Origin: an uncultured cyanobacterium
GTDB lineage: Bacteria > Cyanobacteriota > Cyanobacteriia > Cyanobacteriales > CAWCAG01
Direction: 5' to 3'
Assembly: GCA_963803805.1 (NCBI GenBank)
Contig: CAWDOD010000002.1
Location: 1,152,001-1,216,000 of the forward strand
Length of the DNA stretch: 64,000 bases
The stretch's first letter is position 1; every line of letters starts with the position of its first letter. The translations under genes were made by a program, and so were the position numbers. Of the stretch, positions 49,739 to 58,671 are shown one piece after another. The notes under the pieces were generated by a model. It was not told the origin of the DNA, did no database searches, and saw only the letters and a program-made list of their open reading frames with translations.

Positions 49739-50821
49739 ATGGGCGAACAAAAAAGAATTGGTATTCTCACTAGCGGCGGTGACTGTGCAGGTTTGAATGC
49801 TGTTATTAGGGCTGTTGTACAATGCGCCGCAGGTAAGTATAACTGGGAAGTATTAGGTATTTGTCGAGCTACCCAAGGGTTAATGAATAATCCACCGCAA
49901 GTACAGCATTTGGATTCCCATCAAGTGGATATGTGGTTAACCAGGGGGGGAACTATGCTAGGAACAACTAATAAGGGTAATCCTTTTGCTTTTCCCCTAA
50001 CTGATGGACAGGTAAAAGACTGCTCAGAAGAGATTATTGCGGGTTATCATCAGCTAGGGCTAGAAGCCTTAATTGGGGTTGGTGGCGATGGCAGTTTAGC
50101 CATCCTACGCCGTCTGGCTCAACAAGGTGGTATTAACCTGGTAGGGATTCCTAAAACCATTGATAACGATGTGGGGGTAACAGAAAGATCCATTGGTTTT
50201 GATACCGCCGTGAATATTGCTACAGAGGCTTTAGATAGACTCCATTTCACCGCAGCTAGCCATAGCCGAGTGATGGTTTTGGAAGTGATGGGAAGGGATG
50301 CTGGACATATCGCCCTCAATGCAGGAATTGCTGGGGGCGCTCATGTTGTTCTAATTCCAGAAATTCCCTATAAAATTGAGAGAGTTTGCCATAAAATTAG
50401 GCAACGCCAAGCTCAAGGACAAAATTTTTCTTTAGTGATTGTTTCTGAAGCTGTTTGTACAGAAGCAGGAGAACAAGTCACCAAAATGGAACAGTTTGGG
50501 GAATGCCGCTTAGGGGGCATAGGACAGTATATCTCTGAACAAGTTGCCCAAGGTACAGGGGCAGAAACGAGAGTAACTGTGTTGGGGCATATTCAACGAG
50601 GTGGCATACCTTCTCCGTTAGATCGGGTTTTGGGTTCAGCTTTTGGGGTGGCAGCAGTAGACTTGATCGCTCAAGAAAAATATGATCGCATGGTTAGCTG
50701 GCAAGATCGTCAAATAGTTAGCGTACCTATTGCTGAAGCGATTAAAGATTATCGAGCAGTAGATCCTCAAGGTACTTTAGCGAATACAGCTAGGGGTTTA
50801 GGTATTTGTTTAGGGGAATAG
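49739..50821 (+). CDS. pfkA: 6-phosphofructokinase (PfkA family)
   Basis: LTSGGDCAGLNA, GGTMLGT, GGDGS, PKTIDND, EVMGRDAG, LGHIQRGG. Confidence 0.96.
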   Translation: MGEQKRIGILTSGGDCAGLNAVIRAVVQCAAGKYNWEVLGICRATQGLMNNPPQVQHLDSHQVDMWLTRGGTMLGTTNKGNPFAFPLTDGQVKDCSEEIIAGYHQLGLEALIGVGGDGSLAILRRLAQQGGINLVGIPKTIDNDVGVTERSIGFDTAVNIATEALDRLHFTAASHSRVMVLEVMGRDAGHIALNAGIAGGAHVVLIPEIPYKIERVCHKIRQRQAQGQNFSLVIVSEAVCTEAGEQVTKMEQFGECRLGGIGQYISEQVAQGTGAETRVTVLGHIQRGGIPSPLDRVLGSAFGVAAVDLIAQEKYDRMVSWQDRQIVSVPIAEAIKDYRAVDPQGTLANTARGLGICLGE

Positions 50822-50937
50822 CTAATGGCTAGTTGCTAATGGCTAGTTGCTAATGGCTAGTTGCTAATGGCTAATGACTAATTATTCTATCTCCCCATCT
50901 CCCCATCTCCCCATCTCATCTCCCCATCTCCCCATCC
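50821..50937. repeat. STRR-like tandem repeats
   Basis: GCTAATGGCTAGTT x3 plus further heptamers, then CTCCCCAT octamer run. Confidence 0.9.
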
Positions 50938-50972
50938 CTAAATAAAATTTCAACAAGAACAAACTAAAAAAA

Positions 50973-51057
50973 TGGGGGTGGAGAGACTTGAACTCTCACG
51001 ACCTATTACGGTCAACGGATTTTAAGTCCGTAGCGTCTACCATTCCGCCACACCCCC
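50973..51057 (-). tRNA. trnL: tRNA-Leu(UAA), intron-less, CCA not encoded
   Basis: Reverse complement GGGGGTGTGGCGGAATGGTAGACGCTACGGACTTAAAATCCGTTGACCGTAATAGGTCGTGAGAGTTCAAGTCTCTCCACCCCCA; anticodon loop CT-TAA-AA; long variable arm. Confidence 0.97.
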
Positions 51058-51197
51058 TTGAGGTGGTTAAAGAAATTTAATCAACCGATAAATTTCTCCA
51101 TTTGTATATTCCAACATTATCTGGGTTTCTGTGCAACCTTTTTGAGCAAATAAATTATGATCTTCTTTTAAGATAGAACAAAGATACTATTTTTTCT

Positions 51198-51854
51198 ATG
51201 TGTGGTCGATTTACTCAAACTAGTTCAGCAGATGCTATTGCCACAGCCTTTAACTTAAGTGCTGTCTCTCTTCAACAACCTCAATATAATATTGCTCCCA
51301 CCCAGATGATTCCCACTATTTTATACCCTTCCTCAGAAAGCCAGAAAGAATTTAAGGAGTTACGGTGGGGATTAATTCCTAGTTGGGCAAAAGACCAGAA
51401 AATAGGTAATAAGCTCATTAACGCTAGGGCAGAAACTGTGGCGGAAAAGCCTTCTTTTCGTAGTGCCTTTCGTAAGCGTCGCTGTTTAATTGTTGCTGAT
51501 GGTTTTTATGAATGGCAACGCCAGGAAGAGGGGAAACAGCCTTTTTATATCCGCATGAAGGATGAGCAGGTTTTTGCTTTTGCCGGACTCTGGGAACGCT
51601 GGCAAGCCCCAGAGGGAGAGATAATAGAGTCTTGTACAATTATCACCACTGAAGCTAATGAGATGATGACCCCTATTCATAAGCGAATGCCGGTGATTTT
51701 AAACTCTCAAGATTATCAGCTTTGGTTAGATCCCCAGGTAACGGAAAAAGAAAAACTGCACCCTTTGTTAACGCCCTACAATAGTGAGATGATGAAGGCT
51801 GAGCCTGTGAGTAAAAAAGTTAATAATCCGAGAAATTCTTTTCCTTTCAAATAG
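51198..51854 (+). CDS. SOS response-associated peptidase (SRAP/YedK/HMCES family)
   Basis: N-terminal MCGRF, YNIAPTQ, RWGLIP, INARAET, GFYEW, HKRMPVIL. Confidence 0.95.
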   Translation: MCGRFTQTSSADAIATAFNLSAVSLQQPQYNIAPTQMIPTILYPSSESQKEFKELRWGLIPSWAKDQKIGNKLINARAETVAEKPSFRSAFRKRRCLIVADGFYEWQRQEEGKQPFYIRMKDEQVFAFAGLWERWQAPEGEIIESCTIITTEANEMMTPIHKRMPVILNSQDYQLWLDPQVTEKEKLHPLLTPYNSEMMKAEPVSKKVNNPRNSFPFK

Positions 51855-53049
51855 AATTCAACAGCAACAAGTCACCGGAGGAAACACTACCTTCAACATT
51901 ACCAAAAGCTAATAAACCTTTGCGATCGCGATAAGTTACCAGCCCTTGTTTATCAACAACAGTAAACTGCATTCCTCGTTCAACTTTACCAGGATCAATG
52001 CCACCTAACCAAAATTTAGCCTGGTTGTTTTCAACTTTAATTACTGCACCGTGGGCGGCTGATTTGGTGGGAGAATTAAAATAAACTGGTTGTTGTGCAT
52101 AATTTGTATCTACTTCCACCTCTAAAGTAGGAGTTTGTCGGAAATCTTTTCCTTTTAAGTAGTTAGTTAGCCTCTCTACTGTATAAGCAACCGCTTCTTC
52201 TGGGGTAGCATTTTCTTGCCAAAGATATTGAGTCAAGTTATAAGTAAATAGCCCAGCATGGAAGCCATTAAGACGAACATCAGCAGCATATTGGTTAGGA
52301 TTTGTTGAGGCGATTACCACCCCTTTGGCAACTCCTTGACGATAACCAGCAACGAACTCTTCAGAGGAAAGATTTAACTTACTTAACCATTGTTCTTGAT
52401 AAACTTTTTCTTTGGGAGAAACTACTGTTTTTGTCCCCCCTAAACGGGAACGAACCCGGAAATCATTTTTAGTAGCAGCACCAGAAAAACAACTATCTAA
52501 TACCGCAGTAAAGTTTTCTGTGGGTACAGCAGACATAAGAAGATAAAGGGTATGACCCATAATATCTTCAACAATAGTTTCTTCTCGAACATATCCTCTA
52601 GGAGTAGCATCAAAAGGTACAAAAGTACCGTTTAAATTACTTTCTTTCTTATCAGTATCAGTAACAATAGGATCAGGGTCAAAAATCCGGGAACCGTGAC
52701 CAGAATAGTGATAGACTGCCACATCTCCTGGTTTAACTTGATTAATTAAATACTCTTCAAAAGCCCCCAATATTCCCTCACGGTTAGCTTTTTCATCAAG
52801 AAGGATATGAATATCTTGAGGGTTAAAACCAAAGCGGTTAATTAATAACTCTTGTTGCATAAAAACATCATTCACACAACCTTCAAGAGAGCCAGCGTGT
52901 TGATAATCATTAATACCCACTAAAAGAGCAACTTTGCGGGGTGTATTTTGTGCCAAAACCTGACCATAACGCTCCCATTTACTTAAGCCTAAAGTGGCTA
53001 AGGCAGCCCCAGAAAATTGTAAGAAATGACGGCGAGATAGTTTATTCAT
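51847..53049 (-). CDS. Caspase-family (C14) peptidase with Tat signal
   Basis: SRRHFLQ twin-arginine signal; ALLVGINDY, LEGCVNDV, HYSGHG (His), LDSCFSG (Cys), GLFTY. Confidence 0.92.
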   Translation of the reverse strand: MNKLSRRHFLQFSGAALATLGLSKWERYGQVLAQNTPRKVALLVGINDYQHAGSLEGCVNDVFMQQELLINRFGFNPQDIHILLDEKANREGILGAFEEYLINQVKPGDVAVYHYSGHGSRIFDPDPIVTDTDKKESNLNGTFVPFDATPRGYVREETIVEDIMGHTLYLLMSAVPTENFTAVLDSCFSGAATKNDFRVRSRLGGTKTVVSPKEKVYQEQWLSKLNLSSEEFVAGYRQGVAKGVVIASTNPNQYAADVRLNGFHAGLFTYNLTQYLWQENATPEEAVAYTVERLTNYLKGKDFRQTPTLEVEVDTNYAQQPVYFNSPTKSAAHGAVIKVENNQAKFWLGGIDPGKVERGMQFTVVDKQGLVTYRDRKGLLAFGNVEGSVSSGDLLLLNSI

Positions 53050-53151
53050 GTTTAGATTATCTCCTTTATTTAATAGGTTAATTATTGTGATACCAGATTG
53101 GTGGCTGAAAGTTTATCAAGATTTAGTGAAGAAATAAATAATTATTCATTA

Positions 53152-53427
53152 CACGACTTGGAAGGTTGTGGGGGTGTACAAAATGATTCTTCTGTTACTC
53201 ATACCGCCCGCGAATAAATTCGGGGCTAATAGTTTAAGTCATCTCAAGATGACTGGGAGGTTGGTTTTTGTGACCCTTGCCAAATTTTTTCTTGGAGAAT
53301 CATTTAATGATTGGGAGTCATCTTAAGATGACTTAAGCTGTAAGCTGAGGATTTTAATCCTTAGCGAGTCGAGTGAACCGTCACTGGGTTTGCCCTCTAT
53401 ATGTAGGCAGCAACCTTCCAAGTCGTG
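53152..53427. mobile_element. MITE with perfect 17-bp terminal inverted repeats, flanked by TA
   Basis: CACGACTTGGAAGGTTG (53152-53168) / CAACCTTCCAAGTCGTG (53411-53427); TA at 53150-53151 and 53428-53429. Confidence 0.88.
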
Positions 53428-53432
53428 TACCT

Positions 53433-53467
53433 TATTTCGCAGCCAAATCTCAAGAATTACGCAAATC
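53433..53467. repeat. 35-bp direct repeat, copy 1 (copy 2 at 56589-56623)
   Basis: TATTTCGCAGCCAAATCT(C/T)AAGAATTACGCAAATC, one mismatch between copies. Confidence 0.9.
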
Positions 53468-53509
53468 AACTAAAATCTTCGTAGTATTACCCATTACCCA
53501 TTACCTAAA

Positions 53510-56500
53510 TTACCATTCTCCCTGAACAGTAAAAGCCGCCCAGTGATAGGGATCTTTTTCAGCACCATCACTTCGCCACATCTCTAACTGTGCCTCCCTC
53601 AAAGCCGCAGCAGGTTTGAGGTTGTCTTGGTACATCTTTTCATAAAACCTACTCATCAACTTAGAAGTAGAAAGATCCTGCACTGCCCACAAACTCACTA
53701 CCACTCGCTTAGCCCCAGCATACATAAAGCCCCTAGTTAAGCTTACTAAACCTTCCCCGGCTAACTCTTGCCCTAAACCAGTTTCACAAGCACTCAAAAC
53801 TACTAATTCTGCTGGTAAGTTGAGGTTGTAAATGTTGTTTAAACGCAGTAGAGGGTCTTGGAATTGTCCTTGGGAGTTGTAAGCTGATAGGGCTAAACCA
53901 GAAAGTTGAGGATTATCTTTGTTGAGGCAACCGTGGGTAGAAAAGTGAACGGTTTGGTAATTAGCAAGTTGAGGACTGGTTGCTGTAGCTAGGGAGGCTT
54001 CATAACCCAAGGCGGCAAAGCTTTGGTTTTCTGGGACGAGGGCAAGGATGTTTTCTGCTTCTGCGCGTGTGAATTGTAGGTTAGCTAGCTCTCGACAGGA
54101 TTTTAGAGCTTGTTGAGTTAAGTTTTCTGTGAGATACTCAGTATCTGAGTCTTCTTTCCTTTCTAGTTCGTAAATTGGATCTGCAATAACAGCTAGCTTT
54201 TTAGGGGCCGGAGTACGACCTTGAACATTTTGCCGTAGGGCGGCTAGGCTGGAGGCGGAAGGTAGGGTGATGATTTCGTGGTTTGCTAACAGAGGTTTTG
54301 TAGATTGGGGAGATGGTAAGGCAGCGAAAGGGATACTTTGCAATACTCCATCACCGACGATTAAGAGGCGTTTATTTTGTAATTCCTTGGCGGCAGGGGC
54401 AAAGAGGATATTGCTGAGTTGTTGGGCTGTTTCTGGATCTTTGATATTAACGTTGGCGATGTCGTTGCGGAATGCTTCAGCGAGTTGTTCTATTTCTGCT
54501 TGGGGAGGAAGTTGGTAGCTGGTGACTTTGTTTTTGCTGACTAGCCAAAGATAGCTTTGTTTTTCGCTGAGGTAGTATTCTAATAAGATGGTGTCTTCGT
54601 CCAGGAGTTGTTGAATTTCTTTGGTTTGTAGAGTGAATTTAGTCGGTTGATTGATGGCAGCGTAGTTAGGGCTTTTCAGGCGGATGGTGGCTTCTACTTC
54701 GTCAAGTTGGGTGAGGAGTCGATTGATTTGGTTATTGGCGGCTTCTTTTTCTGGGTTACTAGCATTTTTACTCCTTTGCAGTTTGCCTTGATTTTCCAAA
54801 GCGGCAGTGAGTTGTTGGTTAAGTTGTTTTTCTTGTGCTAAAAGTTGTGCATCTATGCCTTGGCGAATGTCTACGTTAGCTTCTTGGAGTTCGGTGAGGA
54901 GTTGGCGGGCGCGGACTCTTTCGCTGTAATGGAGTGCTTGGGCGTTGTATTGTTGGGTGGGTTTTTGTTGGTGCAACTCCATTAGTAACCTGATGTGGAA
55001 GTCGTAGTAGTCTTCAATGGTTTGGTAGAAGGAGGTTTGTAGTTGGGGGTTGAAGATTTGGTTGCGGAGAAATTCTATTTTTTCTATGGCTTGCTCCATT
55101 GTTTGGGATGCAGCGAGGAGGTTGCCTTGTTCGTATTGAAGTCGAGCAATGTTCCAGAGAGTAGTCGCTTCTCCTTTGCGATCGCCTACAGTACGAATTA
55201 GGGGTAAAGCTTGGTTATAGTAATTAAGTGCTTGTTGCTTTTCTCCTAATGAGTAGTAGACAAGACCAATGTTATTGAGGATTTGTGCTTCCCCTCTTCT
55301 ATCTTCCACAGCACGAGATAGGGGTAAAGCTTGGTCATAGTAATTAAGTGCTTGTTGTTTTTCTCCTAAATCGTCGTAGACAAGACCAATATTGTTGAGG
55401 ATTTGCACTTCCCCTGCTCTATCTTCCACAGCACGAATTAGAAGTAAAGCTTGGTCATAGTAATTAAGTGCTTGTTGTTTTTCTCCTAATGATGAGTAGA
55501 TACTACCAATGTTATTGAGGGTTGTTGCTTCCCCTCTTCTATCTTCCACAGCACGAATTAGAAGTAAAGCTTGGTCATAGTAATTAAGTGCTTGTTGTTT
55601 TTCTCCTAAATCTGAGTAGACGCGACCAATATTATTGAGCGTAGTTGCTTCCCCTCTTCTATCTCTCACAGCACGAATTAGAAGTAAAGCTTGGTCATAG
55701 TAATTAAGTGCTTGTTGTTTTTCTCCTAATGATGAGTGGACACCACCAATATTGTTGAGAATAGCTGCTTCCCCTTCTTTATCTTCCACAGCACGAATTA
55801 GGGGTAAAGCTTGGTTATAATAATTGAGTGCCTCTTGCTTTTCTCCTAATGAATTGTAAACAAGACCAAGATTGTTGAGGGTATTTGCTTCTCCTATTTG
55901 ATCTTCTACGGCACGACGTAGAGGTAAAGCTTGCTTATAGTAATCAAGTGCTTTTTGCTTTTCTCCTAAATCATCGTAGACAGCACCAATATTGTCGAGG
56001 GTAGTTGCTTCTCCTATTTGATCTTCTACGGCACGAAATAGGGGTAAAGCTTGATTGTAGTAATTGAGTGTTTTTTGTTTTTCTCCTAATGAGTTGTAGA
56101 CAAAACCAATACTGTTGAGAATAGTTGCTTCTCCTGCTCTATCGCCTACAGCACGACGTATAGTTAAAGCTTGGTTGTAGTAATTAAGTGTTTTTTGTTT
56201 TTCTCCTAATAAGTAGTAGACAGCACCAATATTATTTAGGATTAAAGCTTGTCGAGATTCATCATTTATCTGCTGCCAAAGTTTAAGTGCTTCCTTATAT
56301 TTAGCGCTCGCCTCTCGCAAAGACTCCGCCGTCCCTTCCCGATAAAGCCGCAAACCTTCCTGATAAGCTTCCTCAGCAGCAGCGCGAATATCTTCAGCAT
56401 TCGCATCACTTTCTTGGGCAACTTCTATCGCATCTGTACTTGCTACAGCAACAGCAATAGGACTAACCAAAGAAACAAACAAAGCAAAAGAAAAGAGGGA

Positions 56501-56515
56501 GAATTTTTTATTCAT
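53510..56515 (-). CDS. Secreted TPR-repeat CHAT-domain protein
   Basis: Sec-type signal peptide; nine 40-aa TPR units; CHAT motifs GDGVLQSIPFAAL, HFSTHG, LVVLSACETG, VVVSLWAVQD, PYHWAAF. Confidence 0.95.
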   Translation of the reverse strand: MNKKFSLFSFALFVSLVSPIAVAVASTDAIEVAQESDANAEDIRAAAEEAYQEGLRLYREGTAESLREASAKYKEALKLWQQINDESRQALILNNIGAVYYLLGEKQKTLNYYNQALTIRRAVGDRAGEATILNSIGFVYNSLGEKQKTLNYYNQALPLFRAVEDQIGEATTLDNIGAVYDDLGEKQKALDYYKQALPLRRAVEDQIGEANTLNNLGLVYNSLGEKQEALNYYNQALPLIRAVEDKEGEAAILNNIGGVHSSLGEKQQALNYYDQALLLIRAVRDRRGEATTLNNIGRVYSDLGEKQQALNYYDQALLLIRAVEDRRGEATTLNNIGSIYSSLGEKQQALNYYDQALLLIRAVEDRAGEVQILNNIGLVYDDLGEKQQALNYYDQALPLSRAVEDRRGEAQILNNIGLVYYSLGEKQQALNYYNQALPLIRTVGDRKGEATTLWNIARLQYEQGNLLAASQTMEQAIEKIEFLRNQIFNPQLQTSFYQTIEDYYDFHIRLLMELHQQKPTQQYNAQALHYSERVRARQLLTELQEANVDIRQGIDAQLLAQEKQLNQQLTAALENQGKLQRSKNASNPEKEAANNQINRLLTQLDEVEATIRLKSPNYAAINQPTKFTLQTKEIQQLLDEDTILLEYYLSEKQSYLWLVSKNKVTSYQLPPQAEIEQLAEAFRNDIANVNIKDPETAQQLSNILFAPAAKELQNKRLLIVGDGVLQSIPFAALPSPQSTKPLLANHEIITLPSASSLAALRQNVQGRTPAPKKLAVIADPIYELERKEDSDTEYLTENLTQQALKSCRELANLQFTRAEAENILALVPENQSFAALGYEASLATATSPQLANYQTVHFSTHGCLNKDNPQLSGLALSAYNSQGQFQDPLLRLNNIYNLNLPAELVVLSACETGLGQELAGEGLVSLTRGFMYAGAKRVVVSLWAVQDLSTSKLMSRFYEKMYQDNLKPAAALREAQLEMWRSDGAEKDPYHWAAFTVQGEW
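55172..56251 (-). repeat. Nine 120-bp tandem coding repeats (TPR units)
   Basis: Near-identical blocks, e.g. TAAAGCTTGGTCATAGTAATTAAGTGCTTGTTGTTTTTCTCCTAA, recurring every 120 bp. Confidence 0.95.
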
Positions 56516-56588
56516 GGCTTAGTAAAAGGTGCAAAATAAATCCATTGGCAGAGATTATTCTCATAACCCGAAAAAACACCCTTAACTC

Positions 56589-56623
56589 TATTTCGCAGCC
56601 AAATCTTAAGAATTACGCAAATC
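56589..56623. repeat. 35-bp direct repeat, copy 2
   Basis: Matches 53433-53467 at 34/35 positions. Confidence 0.9.
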
Positions 56624-57125
56624 CACCAGATTTCTTTTAGCCTCCTCGCCGAAAGCCTCTCACTTATAAACTTTTGAAGCGGTGAGATGATAGCCGAGAT
56701 AGGGTCTGTGCTACAATAATTGCCTCAAAATCGAATCTGTACTCGCTACAGCAACATTCAACTAAACAAAATTAAAAATCACACTGATGTCCGAAAATGA
56801 AGCGTCGGAAAATCGACATTCGGTAACAGAAAAAAAGTATTGCTATAACTAGGATATCCCTCCTTGGTTACTCTCCGAAGACATTTGCAATTTCTGAATC
56901 CTAGAGCATTGATATAGTATGGGATAAGCCTCCGGCATGGCTACGCTACGGGAGCTTTTTTCGTCCTCAAAATTATTGCGAGGAGCAAAATGCCAAAATT
57001 CGATTACCGGAGTCTGTATCCCTTAGTGTAGGCTTTGTTCAGGAAGTTCAAATAATAGGGAAAATAGCAACCTGACAGAAGAGGGATACAATTTATTGAC
57101 TAAGCCATCAAACATTTAAACGAAC

Positions 57126-57236
57126 TAAGCTGATGTGCATTTAAACTGTGTATTACTCAACTAGGAAATAAGCCCTAAAACTCTCCCCCCATCTCCCCAT
57201 CAAACCTAATAAGTACATTAAATGCCTGACAGTTTA
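57126..57236. mobile_element. MITE-like element (TAAGCTG...CAGTTTA), copy 2
   Basis: Near-identical to 37345-37471 but 16 bp shorter in the internal CCCCATCT repeat tract. Confidence 0.85.
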
Positions 57237-57250
57237 TTACCTATTACCTA

Positions 57251-58456
57251 TTACCTATTACTCAAGTTTTCACTACGTAAGCTTTGAGCCGCTAAACATA
57301 TTTTGCTCCATTCTCCTATTACTTGATGGATTTTCCAGTTGAGATTTTGAGCGATCGCCTCAAAACTTTGTTCGTCTTTCAATGCTTCAATTAACTTATG
57401 TTGAGTAGGATTGAGATTGCCGACGAATTCTTCCCATTGTTTAGGAGTTAGCCCTAGGTTATGTTCTTTCAAAGAGATTTCTAACCAATCGGTAACTAGT
57501 TCTGGCTTGCCTTTAAGGGCGAAAACTTTGATAGCATGGTAACTAACTTTTTCTCGCAAGCGATAAACTTGTTTGATGGGCAGTTCGAGAATTTTAGCGA
57601 TGGTATCTTGAGAACGTCCTTGAAGATACAATTGCAGCCAAAGTGCGGCGGTGGGGCTAATATTCTCTGCTAAGTATTTTTCAAACTCCCCTTTAACCTG
57701 GGAACGTTGAGCTTGTTTTTCTTGCCAATTTTTTGTCTCTTGCCAGTCGTTTATGGCTTGGGAGTCAAGCAAACTGATAGGAGAGTCTGATTCTTCTAAA
57801 GTGAGTTCTTCAGAAATTAAGCGTACAATATCTCCTTGGGGAACTTGCGTCATGCCTCCTCTTTGGGAACGACGGAGAAAGTTCACAAAACGGTAGACAA
57901 GAAGTGGTTGATTGCGTATGGGGCGTAAGCAATATTCTTCAATACTAGTAAGTAATAAAGTATCTCGCAGACGTTCTTCATGGGTACATTGAGCAATCCA
58001 AGCAATTTGCTTTTGTATGTAGCGATCGCTATTAAGCATTTCTTGAATTACTTCTTGAATAACATCAGCTACTGCTCTTTGGCGATCACGACTTAGAGCA
58101 ACCCAAGTGCGGATTTTGTTACGCAACATAACCAAAGAACCTAAGCGAGTAATCAAGTTTCGGTAAGCTTGGGTTGGGGCTACGCTAAAGTAACGCTGTT
58201 GGAGAATACGGTAACGATAATCCATCGATTGTCGGACAATTCTTGCCTGGCTAGGAGTCAATCCTTCAAAACGTTCTAAGTCTTCACCGATTAACCAACG
58301 TACAATACTTTGCAATCTCTCTGGCTTTTGTTGAGGATAATCTTCCTGAAGGCGAGAGCGCCAAGTTTGTTCTAGTTGTGAAGCTAGCTTAGTCATGGGA
58401 TCTGGCTCCTCTAACGCTGGCTTCATTTGCATAACACCATCTCCAATTCTCCCCAC
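57251..58456 (-). CDS. HetZ-related protein (putative DNA-binding, sigma-like); start uncertain
   Basis: Recalled family pattern SIVRWLIGED...YRYRILQQRY...EEYCLRPIRNQPLLVYRF; two HTH-like segments (QDTIAKILELPIKQVYRLREK, FEAIAQNLNWK). Confidence 0.7.
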   Translation of the reverse strand: MGRIGDGVMQMKPALEEPDPMTKLASQLEQTWRSRLQEDYPQQKPERLQSIVRWLIGEDLERFEGLTPSQARIVRQSMDYRYRILQQRYFSVAPTQAYRNLITRLGSLVMLRNKIRTWVALSRDRQRAVADVIQEVIQEMLNSDRYIQKQIAWIAQCTHEERLRDTLLLTSIEEYCLRPIRNQPLLVYRFVNFLRRSQRGGMTQVPQGDIVRLISEELTLEESDSPISLLDSQAINDWQETKNWQEKQAQRSQVKGEFEKYLAENISPTAALWLQLYLQGRSQDTIAKILELPIKQVYRLREKVSYHAIKVFALKGKPELVTDWLEISLKEHNLGLTPKQWEEFVGNLNPTQHKLIEALKDEQSFEAIAQNLNWKIHQVIGEWSKICLAAQSLRSENLSNR

Positions 58457-58671
58457 ATACTGACAATTTTAGGGTCAGCTATCTTAAATTTGACCATTTT
58501 TTCTTAGCTGTGACAGTGATTCTGAGACTTAAGCGGGATGAATAGTTATTACATCATCATTCTTTAAGTTGTTAAGCATTTGTATTACTTGCTGAGGAAT
58601 AGGGAATAGTTACAGTTTATTTTAACTAACTCAGTAATATGTCATTTAGATACGTGACAGCTTATAAATTG

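Noticed and set aside
55172-56251. CRISPR array
   Set aside because: The 120-bp period is in-frame TPR coding sequence with no unique spacers; no cas genes in the window
56780-57100. CRISPR leader
   Set aside because: Only a vague resemblance and no adjacent repeat-spacer units
50973-57240. tRNA-anchored genomic island
   Set aside because: No integrase, no duplicated tRNA 3' end seen, and the accessory genes lie on the tRNA 5' side
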